From a bacterium (GTDB lineage: Bacteria; Bacillota; DTU030; JBMNJR01): 64,000 nucleotides of DNA. Shown here one piece after another: positions 29,775 to 39,749 of the stretch (position 1 is the stretch's first letter; every line of letters begins with the position of its first letter). The notes under the pieces were generated by a model. The model saw only the letters and a list, made by a program, of their open reading frames with translations, ran no database searches and was not told the origin of the DNA. The stretch covers positions 54,795 to 118,794 of the forward strand of contig JBMNJR010000008.1 of assembly GCA_050951765.1 (NCBI GenBank). The letters run 5' to 3'. The translations under genes were made by a program, and so were the position numbers.

Positions 29775-31277
29775 GTGATCCTGTTGGCGAACATCGAATA
29801 TATCAGTACCCGCGGCAATGATAAAGCAATTGGTGCGGCAGAAACTATTATCCTAGGCATCGCAGCAGATGGCGGTCTCTTTGTGCCCCGGTGTTTTCCG
29901 GCACCAATTACCGACTTAAAGCGCCTAGTTAACCTCAGTTATCAAGATTTAGCATATGAGGTAATGCAACTATTTTTAACCGATTTTACCGAAACAGAAC
30001 TACGTTCCTGTATTACCAACGCTTATGACGACAAATTCACCACTCCAACCATTGCCCCCTTAACAAATAAAGCAGGCGTCCACTTTCTGGAACTGTACCA
30101 CGGACCTACCCTAGCTTTCAAAGATATGGCTTTAACTATTTTACCTTATCTCTTGAAAACCGCCGCCAAAAAGCTAAACCAAGATGCAGAGATCGTCATT
30201 CTCACTGCCACTTCCGGCGACACTGGTAAAGCGGCTTTAGAAGGCTTTGCCGGTGTTGCCGGCACTAAAATAATCGTATTTTTCCCCGAGCATGGCGTCA
30301 GTGAAATTCAAAAACGACAGATGATTACCCAAACCGGAGCCAATACTCATGTTATAGGGATCGAAGGAAATTTCGATGACGCTCAAAGTGGGGTCAAAGC
30401 TATTTTTACCGATCCGGAACTAATAAGAAAACTAGCGGCAGCCAATAAAATGTTCTCTTCCGCCAACTCCATCAATATTGGCCGCCTGATTCCCCAGGTT
30501 GTCTACTACTTCTACGCCTACACGCAGCTATGCCGTTCCGGAGCTATCAGCTGTGGAGACCAGGTTAACTTTGCGGTTCCTACGGGGAACTTCGGCAACA
30601 TCTTAGCCGGATATTATGCCCAACAAATTGGGCTTCCCATCAAAAAACTAATCTGTGCCTCCAATGACAACAAAGTGCTCTATGATTTCTTTAATACTGG
30701 GACTTATGACCGCAACCGGGAGTTTGTTACCACCATCTCCCCTTCCATGGATATTTTAATCTCCAGCAACTTGGAGCGCTTACTCTTTGATATTTGCGGC
30801 CAAGACGGCAATAAGACGAGAACGCTAATGGAACAATTACAAAAAGCGGGTAAATACAGTATTACCACGGAAATGGCGACAAAACTACACAGCTTTTATG
30901 GTGGTTTCACTTCTGAGGCAGACACTTATCGTACTATTAAAGATGTCTTTGAAAAGACCCACTACCTGCTGGACACCCATACAGCAGTGGCTTATGCTGT
31001 TTCTCAAGCTTATCGGGAGGAAACAAAAGATACAACGCCCATGGTAGTTGTATCTACAGCCAGCCCTTACAAGTTCACCCGGGCAGTAATGACAGCCTTG
31101 GACAAAAAATATGCCGACTCGGATGAATACCAATTAATAGCAGAAATGGCTGACCTCCTACAGGAAGAACCTCCCCTGGCAATTCGCGATTTAGATAAAC
31201 GGCCGATATTACACCGGACAGTCTGTCAAAAGAAAGAAATGAAACCTCTACTGGAAAGACTGCTCCTTAATTCATAA
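29775..31277 (+). CDS. thrC: Threonine synthase
   Basis: 500 aa; YISTRG N-terminal motif and PLP-lysine region HGPTLAFKD; GTG start. Confidence 0.85.
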   Translation: MILLANIEYISTRGNDKAIGAAETIILGIAADGGLFVPRCFPAPITDLKRLVNLSYQDLAYEVMQLFLTDFTETELRSCITNAYDDKFTTPTIAPLTNKAGVHFLELYHGPTLAFKDMALTILPYLLKTAAKKLNQDAEIVILTATSGDTGKAALEGFAGVAGTKIIVFFPEHGVSEIQKRQMITQTGANTHVIGIEGNFDDAQSGVKAIFTDPELIRKLAAANKMFSSANSINIGRLIPQVVYYFYAYTQLCRSGAISCGDQVNFAVPTGNFGNILAGYYAQQIGLPIKKLICASNDNKVLYDFFNTGTYDRNREFVTTISPSMDILISSNLERLLFDICGQDGNKTRTLMEQLQKAGKYSITTEMATKLHSFYGGFTSEADTYRTIKDVFEKTHYLLDTHTAVAYAVSQAYREETKDTTPMVVVSTASPYKFTRAVMTALDKKYADSDEYQLIAEMADLLQEEPPLAIRDLDKRPILHRTVCQKKEMKPLLERLLLNS

Positions 31278-31294
31278 ACTAACGCTAAAATAAT

Positions 31295-31330
31295 CCCCGG
31301 TTAGGCAACCTTAGGCCGGGGAAATAATTT
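31295..31330 (+). terminator. Putative terminator after thrC
   Basis: Hairpin CCCCGG...CCGGGG followed by an A/T-rich tract; weak T-run. Confidence 0.35.
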
Positions 31331-31468
31331 TTATATTTATTTTGCTGATTTTTACATCCATTGAATCCTGGGGAGGAGAAAGTTATATTTCAACTAAGGC
31401 AACTTTATCGTCCTTGTTTTCGATTGCCCTGCCGGCATCCCGCCAAGCACATGTTTGCCAATGCCTAT

Positions 31469-32854
31469 TTATAGCAGGGATCTGAGCCTTTGTAAATACA
31501 TCCGACCTCTGTCACTCTGCTCTCTACTGACCGGTTTGTTTCGATAATGGGCTTCCAAAAAAAGATTAGTAAGTTGAATAACTTCCCTCTCTGCTGCGGC
31601 ATGTTTAGGAGCAGACTGTATAAATCGTCGGGCATACTCCAGAGGAGTTTCCCATGCTTTTTTCCCGCATCCAGCTTTTTGCCCCAACCGCAAAAAAGCT
31701 TCATAGGAACGAACTATTTGTAGGTAAGGATCTGGCGAAGACAGTAAATAACGGACCCTCCTTTTAATTTCGTCCCTTAACTTCCCGGCTGTAATTTTCA
31801 GCCAGGTGATAACCTGCTGTGAAAATAATTTAAGCAACTGCACAAACCTGTACCCGACTGCACGCAAGCCTGGCAGGACAGTTCTGTTGCTGGCGGGCAT
31901 ACTGTGCGCACTTAAGTGCATGTACAATAATTTAATCAATTCACGAAAACACACCACTAACAAGATAAAACCGATGAGAATAAGAGGCACCAGCCACCAA
32001 GTGGATAACTCCTGTAATTCTCCTCCCCCTTGTGGCAGAAAAGGGGCCGAACCATATTCCGGCGTATAATTGGTTTCTGGGGGCTTGCCCAAAAAAGAAT
32101 CCAATAATCTGACAAATAAAAGCCACGCAGATATAATCCCCCTCTGTATTGATAAAAGCAGCTGCAACGCCTCCCGAGAAAAAAAGATAAAAAAGAAAAT
32201 CACAGCTGCCAGAAAAGGAACCACAGCATGAATGAAAATAATGTCAAGCCTAGGTACTGCCGCTGCTGTAAAATTGGCTCCCCATAATGCTAAAGTAACA
32301 GTAAAAAGGATAAACCAACACCCAATAAGCCCTCCTAATAGAACCCCAGGCAAACCGATAAAACTCAATAAAAATAAGACCGTTGTAAACAAGAGCAAAC
32401 TTATTTCTACAGTTTTTAGGTGCAGTGAAGGATTTGCACATTGATTAAAATTTAAACAATAATACGCACCAATCAACCATGATAGCAACTGCCATAAGGC
32501 AGGAAAAAAAATATAAATTTTCAAATCTACCGGTACTGCCGTAGGCAGGGTGAAAATTCCACACCATAGCAAGTTTCCCCAAATTAATCCGCCACTGTAC
32601 AACAAGTATTGCATGGAATTGCTGAGAACTAGCTTTAAGACTGTGGGTTGTGACTTTAATAAATAGCGATTGCTAATGAAACCAAGAAATGTAGGAAGGA
32701 GCGCTAGCATGAGCATCCCTGCGAAACCAGTTGCAGGATCATAAAGCACTTTTTCATTAAAGGTAAAAACTTGATACCAACCATAAGCAGAAATACTTAA
32801 TAACCATGCCGTCCAAATCATCTTTGCGCCTCCCCTCTGCCTAAATCTATGCAT
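31469..32854 (-). CDS. Polytopic membrane protein, DUF4129-like C-terminus
   Basis: 461 aa with many TM helices; third gene of a MoxR/DUF58 triad. Confidence 0.55.
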   Translation of the reverse strand: MHRFRQRGGAKMIWTAWLLSISAYGWYQVFTFNEKVLYDPATGFAGMLMLALLPTFLGFISNRYLLKSQPTVLKLVLSNSMQYLLYSGGLIWGNLLWCGIFTLPTAVPVDLKIYIFFPALWQLLSWLIGAYYCLNFNQCANPSLHLKTVEISLLLFTTVLFLLSFIGLPGVLLGGLIGCWFILFTVTLALWGANFTAAAVPRLDIIFIHAVVPFLAAVIFFFIFFSREALQLLLSIQRGIISAWLLFVRLLDSFLGKPPETNYTPEYGSAPFLPQGGGELQELSTWWLVPLILIGFILLVVCFRELIKLLYMHLSAHSMPASNRTVLPGLRAVGYRFVQLLKLFSQQVITWLKITAGKLRDEIKRRVRYLLSSPDPYLQIVRSYEAFLRLGQKAGCGKKAWETPLEYARRFIQSAPKHAAAEREVIQLTNLFLEAHYRNKPVSREQSDRGRMYLQRLRSLL

Positions 32855-34161
32855 TTTACCCGGGAGGAAGCCAAACTGGATAATCTGGCAGTGGAATAGA
32901 AGCTGGCAGGATCAGATGTCTTATTAATAGTAGCTGTATATTCTTCTTTTTTCAGCCAGCTGGCAGGCGGGATATGACAGCGCATGATATATATAAAACT
33001 AGCGGTCGGTACCCCTTGTATCCGCTCCCATAACTGCTCTTGTTCATAGGGAAAAGCCCGGTTGTTCCCCTCAATGGCAGCACATAGCTTTAAAACACTT
33101 TGCGCCTGCTCTGTCCCGGTAGCAAAATCCAAGACCATTATTCCCCTTGTTCTTTGCAGATAAGCGCCGCCGGGGAAACTTGCACTTTTTTCCCAGTGCA
33201 GTATGGGAGCATTGGTATAAAAAGCCACTTTAGCACCCTGTTCCAAATGAAATAGAGCAATACCCGCCGCATAACTAATAATATTCTCCAATAGCAAGTC
33301 TTCGGTTGAATAATTACTTTCATACAACGGCTGACCGGCAACACTCACATCAAGTACTACCAAGCAGTATTCCGACTCCTTGCGCTGATAAAGATTGCTC
33401 TTTAAGCTACCTGTACGGGTTGTGGCATACCAATTGATGCTTTTTAACGAATCGGTCAGTTGATAATCCCTCACTCCCTGAACTTGATACGGATCCTCAA
33501 TGCCAATATTTCGCTCCCGTTCATTGTCCTCCAAGGCCAAAACCGGCAGCAGGTCGCCTGCACCTTTGAGCCGGGGAAAAACAAAAAGATACTGTTCTTC
33601 CCCAATCCGGATCAGGCCACGAAACAACCCGGAAGGATCGCCCACAAACAGCTGCGGAGGAGGAAGATAATATACTCCCCGCTTAGATATCTTAAGCTGC
33701 AAATCAACATTTATTCTCTCCTTTTCCGGCAACCATGCATAGGAAACTGTATGATGATACCAAACTGGTACCACCTGACCAGCTGCGGCCAAACCATCGG
33801 CGCTTGCAACGGTGGTAACAGTTATGGGAATATCACCAAAACAGGTAAAACCTTCCGGAAGGGAAAAACTGATCCCCGCCCGGACCAAAGGCAAAAACCA
33901 CCGGTTACTAAATTTAAATTTCCATGTTAGCTTTTCATCGGTAAAAATATTTTCTTGTATTGCTAGACTCTCACCCATGGTAAACCGACTGCTAAATAAG
34001 GTCCAGCCATAACTCCATAATAAATAAGCAAGATATAGTAAAAGAAAGAAAAAAGGGATTGCCAAACGATAATACAGGGTAAAAATGGCAACTGCAGCTG
34101 CGATCAGTTGGGCTCTACTGCCGGCAAGGGGTGTTGTACTAATAACCAGATGTTTTTTCAT
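32818..34161 (-). CDS. DUF58 domain protein (VWA-like MoxR partner)
   Basis: 447 aa; N-terminal TM segments; overlaps the MoxR gene by 4 nt. Confidence 0.65.
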   Translation of the reverse strand: MKKHLVISTTPLAGSRAQLIAAAVAIFTLYYRLAIPFFFLLLYLAYLLWSYGWTLFSSRFTMGESLAIQENIFTDEKLTWKFKFSNRWFLPLVRAGISFSLPEGFTCFGDIPITVTTVASADGLAAAGQVVPVWYHHTVSYAWLPEKERINVDLQLKISKRGVYYLPPPQLFVGDPSGLFRGLIRIGEEQYLFVFPRLKGAGDLLPVLALEDNERERNIGIEDPYQVQGVRDYQLTDSLKSINWYATTRTGSLKSNLYQRKESEYCLVVLDVSVAGQPLYESNYSTEDLLLENIISYAAGIALFHLEQGAKVAFYTNAPILHWEKSASFPGGAYLQRTRGIMVLDFATGTEQAQSVLKLCAAIEGNNRAFPYEQEQLWERIQGVPTASFIYIMRCHIPPASWLKKEEYTATINKTSDPASFYSTARLSSLASSRVKCIDLGRGEAQR

Positions 34162-35162
34162 TCTTCCCGCGCCCTTAATGGTACCGGTATTTCACCCAGC
34201 AGTTGCTTAAGAAAAGCTTCAGGTTTATTGCCTTTATACCTCTCGCTTTTTTGTAGTTTTAAGCGATGGTTAAATACCGGCAAACATAATTCCTTAATAT
34301 CGTCCGGCAAAACATAGTCACGCCCGCTGAGCAAAGCCCATGCTTTGGCGGCTTTAACCATGCCGATGGAAGCACGTGGGCTCAAAGCAAGCTCCACCGC
34401 TTCGTGCCGCCTAGTTGCCTCCACCAAGTCTAGGATATACTGTACCAGCGAATCCTCTATATATACATCTTGGGTCAATTGTTGCAGTTCCATAACCCTT
34501 TGGGGATTAAGTACAGGCTCCACCTTTTCCACAGCATGGTCAAAAACATGTTTACTCACAATAATAGTCTCAGCAGAGCGCAATGGATACCCCAATGTGA
34601 TTTTCAGTAAAAAACGATCCTGCTGGGCAAAGGGTAAAGGAAATGTGCCTTCACTTTCGATTGGATTTTGCGTGGCTAACACTAAAAAGGGTTCAGGCAA
34701 TAAACGGGTTATACCATCAATGGTAATTTGTTTTTCCTCCATCGCTTCCAATAAAGCCGATTGCGTACGGGGAGTAGTACGATTAAGTTCATCAGCCAAT
34801 AATATATTGGTCAATACCGGGCCGGGGCGAAACTCAAACTCCCCTGTTTTGATATTATAATAATTAATACCCGTTACATCGGAAGGCATAAGATCCGGCG
34901 TAAACTGAATCCGCTTAAAACTGCATCCCAAAACCCTGGCTATAGTTTTCGCCAAGGTTGTTTTCCCTGTACCGGGAAGATCTTCAATTAAGATATGGCC
35001 CCGGGCTAACAAAGCTGTCAAAGCCAACTCCACAGCATCGCTCTTCCCGATAATTATCTCTTCAATCCGCCCTTTGGTGATACTTAATATTTCTGCTGCA
35101 GCGGAAAAACTCAATTCTGCAGGGTTTTGCCTTGGCAAGGAAAACCCTCCTTCCTCATGCAA
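34158..35162 (-). CDS. MoxR family AAA+ ATPase
   Basis: Walker A GTGKTT and Walker B LLADELNR. Confidence 0.85.
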   Translation of the reverse strand: MHEEGGFSLPRQNPAELSFSAAAEILSITKGRIEEIIIGKSDAVELALTALLARGHILIEDLPGTGKTTLAKTIARVLGCSFKRIQFTPDLMPSDVTGINYYNIKTGEFEFRPGPVLTNILLADELNRTTPRTQSALLEAMEEKQITIDGITRLLPEPFLVLATQNPIESEGTFPLPFAQQDRFLLKITLGYPLRSAETIIVSKHVFDHAVEKVEPVLNPQRVMELQQLTQDVYIEDSLVQYILDLVEATRRHEAVELALSPRASIGMVKAAKAWALLSGRDYVLPDDIKELCLPVFNHRLKLQKSERYKGNKPEAFLKQLLGEIPVPLRAREE

Positions 35163-35284
35163 AATATTTGCTCTGATTTTATCCTATCATAAAATTCTTT
35201 CCAGCTTTGTTTTTTCCTCTTTCTGATAGCATTTGCACCTAAACGGCTAATTCTGGGCTCGACAAAAAAACCCGGCTCCTTATA

Positions 35285-35532
35285 GAGTAGACGCCCATGC
35301 CGGTATACATCACCTGCGGAAGGCCTGTCCAAAGCCGAAGGCGACGGGCACTAAAGCTTAGGTTCCTTGTCCGGCATGTACATGAGCCCATGGCACCTCT
35401 ATACTTCCGGCAACTGAAAGTATAGAGGCATGGCTCGACTCGACAAGGTACCGGAGAGAGCGAAGCCGGAAGTGGTGAACAATTAATTTTCATTCCTCTG
35501 CTGGTGCCGAGAATCGGCATGGGCGTCTACTC
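35285..35532. mobile_element. MITE-like element, repeat family R1, complete copy
   Basis: 248 bp bounded by perfect 18 bp terminal inverted repeats GAGTAGACGCCCATGCCG (35285..35302) and CGGCATGGGCGTCTACTC (35515..35532); internal hairpin CTCTATAC...GTATAGAG; no ORF. Confidence 0.7.
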
Positions 35533-35550
35533 TGAAAACATTTTGTCCGG

Positions 35551-35600
35551 GGCTTGCCTAATTTTGCCGCTGGCTCCGGCGACCGTGGCCGCCCTCCAAC
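35551..35600. repeat. Dispersed intergenic repeat, family R2 copy
   Basis: GCCTAATTTTGCCGCTGGCTCCGGCGACCGTGGCCGCCC, homologous to 7536..7590. Confidence 0.6.
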
Positions 35601-35740
35601 TGAATAACTACTATAAAAGGCTGGGCGGCCATGCTCAGTCGCCGGCTATGTCAAACAGGTTGATCGTAAAAACAATGTCAACAGTGCTTGGCTTGCACGT
35701 ATTTTCATCTCTGTGCCGGTGGTGAAACTGACATGAAAAA

Positions 35741-36523
35741 CTATTTTGCCAACTGCAAGGAATTAGTACAATTAAATCGTGCAAATTGCTCAGGCTCAGA
35801 CAAATACATAAATTTCTGAGGTTTGGCAATATATTGACTGTAAATACTTTCTCCCCTTAGCATTGGCCACAGATGCCGGATCGCGGGAACAAAACCATAA
35901 CTTAGATTTTTTACAAACCAATCACCCCCGCTGCTAGGCTTCACATAGTAAGCGCCACCATGGAATTGCAAGAATAATTGGTAGTCCGCCACCAATTGTG
36001 CATATACTAAATTTGCCATAACCAAGGGACTTGTGCCTAAATTCATTGTAATATGACCATAACCCGGTGGAATTAAAATAATATCTCCTACGGTAGCTCT
36101 AATAAAAACCACATCTTCGATCTCATCCGCTGCTTTGCCCTCGGCTTGCAGTAAATATCCCGCCTGACCATGCAAAACCTGATATACTTCACCATAAGTA
36201 AAAGATGTGCCCGGCTTCACCGGATGGTAATGACCCAATGTTTTCACATATTCTCCGGCAATTTTACCTGGCTTTAAGATTGTGATATCGTATCTGAGGT
36301 TATAGTTGTTAAACAACTCTTGGTGCTCTATGGAACTGATCCCCCGATATATATAATAGAACTCTTCTATAGCGGCAACGGCATCTACATAAGGCAATAC
36401 CGGTTTTAAGACTTCTCCATTACGTACCTCCGGCTCAATGGGAACTAAACCCTCACCAAAAACAAGACTGCAATCATCCTGTAAGGATAGAGCTAATCCT
36501 GTAACCGATTTTAAATTAAACAT
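35741..36523 (-). CDS. Cupin-type glucose-6-phosphate isomerase
   Basis: Cupin motifs (TLGHYH...GEVYQVLHG...IPPGYGH); start overlaps the end of the upstream phosphoglucomutase reading frame. Confidence 0.7.
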   Translation of the reverse strand: MFNLKSVTGLALSLQDDCSLVFGEGLVPIEPEVRNGEVLKPVLPYVDAVAAIEEFYYIYRGISSIEHQELFNNYNLRYDITILKPGKIAGEYVKTLGHYHPVKPGTSFTYGEVYQVLHGQAGYLLQAEGKAADEIEDVVFIRATVGDIILIPPGYGHITMNLGTSPLVMANLVYAQLVADYQLFLQFHGGAYYVKPSSGGDWFVKNLSYGFVPAIRHLWPMLRGESIYSQYIAKPQKFMYLSEPEQFARFNCTNSLQLAK

Positions 36524-37975
36524 AATTATCCCTCCCCAATTCTAAGAACTGCGCAATTTGTTGCGCGATCCTTGCTACAACCTGTTCTGTTTCCGCTTCA
36601 ACATATACGCGCAGCACATCTTCAGTCCCGGAAGGACGGACAAGACACTATGCACCATCAGAAAGTACCATTTTTACACCATCCAACCGCTGTATTTGTA
36701 TAAGCTTACGACCTGCCAATTGGTCCGGAGGATTGGTAGTTAATACTGCTAATACCCTCGCTTTTGCTGCAGCTGTACAATAGAAGTCCACTCTTTTGCT
36801 ATACAACTGTCCATACTTAGCTCTGAGCATTGCCATTAGTTCCGGTAAAGTAATATCATATGCAGACAAAATACCGATCAACAATAATCCGGCAACAATG
36901 CCATCTTTTTCAGGTATTTCCCGATTAACCCCTAACCCTCCGCTCTCTTCTGCTCCTAATACTGCCCCTTCGTTAAGCATTGCCTGTGCTAAATATTTAA
37001 ATCCCACCGGTGTTTCAATCATCTTAATCCCTGCTTTTTCTGCCACCCGATCGATCATATGGGTAGTTGCCACTGTCCGAGCAAAAGCAGGATGTTCTGC
37101 ACTGTGATCTGCCATATAATCGGCATAAACGGTAAAAACCTGATTGGGGCTAATATAATTACCATCTGGACCAATAAACCCAAAACGATCCCCATCCCCG
37201 TCCAGCGCAATACCTAAATCCGCTCGGCTCTCCCGCACAGCCGCAGCTAAGTTACCGAGGTTTTCTTCCTTGGGCTCAGGGGATAATTGCCCGCAAAAAG
37301 GTTGTTCGCTGTGAATAGTGAGCACATTATGACCAAGATTGCACAAAATATGCTCCATGTAACCTGCACCAGCGCCATACATAGGATCTACCATAACCTT
37401 TAATGCACAATTCCCATTGATACCCTCCATCAGTTTGCATAGATATCGCCGGTAAATCTCAGCAGAGGAAATTTTTCTGATCAGCTTCGCACCTATTTTG
37501 CAGTGAATCCAGTATTGGATGGAACTTCCGGCGGTATCAAAGCCTCAATGGCACCGGTTATCGCATTTGGCGCGGGACCGGCAAAATCGGGAATATATTT
37601 AATCCCATTATAGTAATAAGGATTATGGCTGGCCGTAATCATAATACCGCCGGCCAGGTGCAAGTCCTTAATTGTACAAGCTATGGCAGGAGTTGGTACC
37701 GGTTGTTCGTTTAGATAAACAGGGATACCGTTGGCTGCTAAAACTTGCGCCGCAACACTGGCAAAAACATCTGACAGCAAGCGCGTATCATAGCCAATCA
37801 CAACACCACGGGTATAATCCTGTCCATTCTTTATTAGATAGGCGGCAATCCCTTGTACGACCCGAGCCAAATTTTCAGGAGTAAACTCTTGACCAATAAT
37901 TGCCCGCCACCCATCGGTGCCAAATCTGATTAAGCCCACCCTTCGCTCCCTCCACGCTTTTTTCAAGTATCCCAA
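36516..37975 (-). pseudogene. Phosphoglucomutase/phosphomannomutase, disrupted
   Basis: Active-site TASHNP in 37493..37975; frameshift near 37440..37520 (A-run GCAAAATAGG); domains II-III in 36648..37430; in-frame TAG at 36648..36650 where Trp is expected (DGA*CLVRPSGTE); frame then continues 43 codons to TAA. Confidence 0.6.
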
Positions 37976-38181
37976 ATATCTAAGTGGTTAATAATATAAA
38001 TTATTTTTATATTATTCCGGTTAATTCTGAAGATGACAAAAATATGATGAGTCCAGAACAATAGCGGAAAAAATGTTTAAACAATGAGCATGCGCGAAGA
38101 TAAAACAACAAGAAATTCCCTGTTCGTATGTAAAAACGAAACCGGACCCCCAAATACAAAGAACCGCCGAATTGCAAAGCC

Positions 38182-38209
38182 TTGACAATTATAATGTATA
38201 TGTTAGAAT
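38182..38209 (+). promoter_or_regulatory. Sigma-70-like promoter of the thi operon
   Basis: TTGACA, 16 nt spacer, TAGAAT, about 30 nt upstream of the riboswitch. Confidence 0.4.
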
Positions 38210-38240
38210 TAAATAAAAAATTGAACTATAGCGCATTATA

Positions 38241-38330
38241 TACTAGGGGAGCTGGAAACGCCAGCTGAGATAAAGACGTAATTAGTCTTTGACCCTTGAC
38301 CTGATCTGGATAATGCCAGCGTAGGGAAGT
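38241..38330 (+). promoter_or_regulatory. TPP (THI-box) riboswitch aptamer
   Basis: CTAGGGGAGC...GCTGAGA...ACCCTTGACCTGATCTGGATAATGCCAGCGTAGGGAAG matches conserved THI element segments. Confidence 0.85.
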
Positions 38331-38350
38331 AACTTTTGTTTTTGTTGTAA

Positions 38351-38386
38351 AGCATAAATCCTTATCCTGGGATTTATGCTTTTTTA
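38351..38386 (+). terminator. Riboswitch expression-platform terminator
   Basis: 11 bp stem AGCATAAATCC/GGATTTATGCT followed by TTTTT, just upstream of the thiW start. Confidence 0.65.
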
Positions 38387-38405
38387 CTTTACAGAAGGGA
38401 GGGAT

Positions 38406-38903
38406 ATGATGAAAACCCAAAAGCTTACATTAGCCGCGCTCTTCATTGCCTTCGCAACCTTGACCGCCCACGTGTTCTATATACCTGCCGGTGTAGCAAA
38501 ATGTTTTCCGATTCAACACACAGTGAACGTATTATCAGGGGTAATATTAGGACCTTGGTATGCAGTTTCCATTGCATTTTTAACTTCACTGCTGCGAAAT
38601 ATTCTGGGCACAGGTTCTCTTTTGGCTTTTCCCGGCAGTATGGTTGGAGCTTTTTTAGCAGGTATGTTATATCAAAAAACAGGAAACCAGTTAATGGCTT
38701 CCCTAGGCGAAATCGTTGGCACAGGATTTTTAGGCGCAATTGCTGCATATCCGGTAGTAAAGTTGCTTATGGGTCAAGATATTGCTATGTTCTTCTATGT
38801 GGTTCCTTTTTTTACCAGTACTACCGGCGGCACCATAATTGCCAATCTATTGTTAAAAGCAATTGCTTCCCTGAAGTTAATTAAATTGAATTCAGCTAGT
38901 TAA
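38406..38903 (+). CDS. thiW: Thiamine-precursor transporter ThiW-like
   Basis: Small polytopic membrane protein first behind the TPP riboswitch; start ATG 38406 with RBS GAAGGGAGGG; ORF track start 38376 lies inside the terminator. Confidence 0.7.
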   Translation: MMKTQKLTLAALFIAFATLTAHVFYIPAGVAKCFPIQHTVNVLSGVILGPWYAVSIAFLTSLLRNILGTGSLLAFPGSMVGAFLAGMLYQKTGNQLMASLGEIVGTGFLGAIAAYPVVKLLMGQDIAMFFYVVPFFTSTTGGTIIANLLLKAIASLKLIKLNSAS

Positions 38904-38927
38904 ACTGGATAATGGGGTGTATATTTA

Positions 38928-39749
38928 ATGAAGAATGTCTTGACTATTGCCGGCTCTGACAGCAGTGGCGGAGCAGGCATTCAGGCGGATCTAAAAACCT
39001 TTTCCGCCCATGGGGTTTTTGGCATGAGTGTGATTACAGCTATTACAGCTCAAAACACCCAAGGGGTTTTCGGTGTCGAAGACATCTCCGATGCAATGAT
39101 CGAAAAACAGATCGACGCAATATTTACCGACATTAAAGTTGATGCTGTGAAAATAGGCATGGTTTCCCAATCGAAAACCATTAAATCCATTGCAAAAAAA
39201 TTAAAGCAATACGCACCGAAAAATATCGTTTTAGATCCTGTTATGATCTCCAAAAGCGGCTATGATTTATTACTCCCGGAAGCCAAGGAAACGCTGATCA
39301 ACGAGCTTTTGCCGCTTGCTACCATAGCTACGCCAAATATTCCGGAAGCTGAAGTCATAACCGACATCAAGATCGCCACCACCCAAGACATGGAAAAAGC
39401 GGCAATAAAAATTCATGCACTGGGGACAGAAAATGTCCTGATCAAGGGTGGCCATATGCAAGCAGAGGCAACCGATATATTATACAATGGGAAAGAATTC
39501 TTTTATTTCACTGCAGAAAGAATCGCCACAAAAAATACCCATGGGACCGGTTGCACCTTATCAGCCGCCATTGCCAGTAACCTGGCTAAAGGTTATCCGG
39601 TAAGGGAAGCAGTGGCGCAAGCAAAGGATTATATTACCACAGCCATAAGGCATGCATTAGACTTGGGCACAGGTGTAGGGCCGACAAATCATTTTTATAC
39701 CTTATACAAAAAGGCTGGTTTACTTGATAATGGAGCTGAAACCAATTGA
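38928..39749 (+). CDS. thiD: Hydroxymethylpyrimidine/phosphomethylpyrimidine kinase
   Basis: VLTIAGSDSSGGAGIQADLKT N-terminus. Confidence 0.9.
   Translation: MKNVLTIAGSDSSGGAGIQADLKTFSAHGVFGMSVITAITAQNTQGVFGVEDISDAMIEKQIDAIFTDIKVDAVKIGMVSQSKTIKSIAKKLKQYAPKNIVLDPVMISKSGYDLLLPEAKETLINELLPLATIATPNIPEAEVITDIKIATTQDMEKAAIKIHALGTENVLIKGGHMQAEATDILYNGKEFFYFTAERIATKNTHGTGCTLSAAIASNLAKGYPVREAVAQAKDYITTAIRHALDLGTGVGPTNHFYTLYKKAGLLDNGAETN

Noticed and set aside
36648-36650. In-frame TAG in the phosphoglucomutase gene as a pyrrolysine codon
   Set aside because: The position corresponds to a conserved Trp (one-base change from TGG), the same gene also carries a frameshift, and nothing in the window suggests a Pyl system; nonsense mutation or sequencing error is far more likely.
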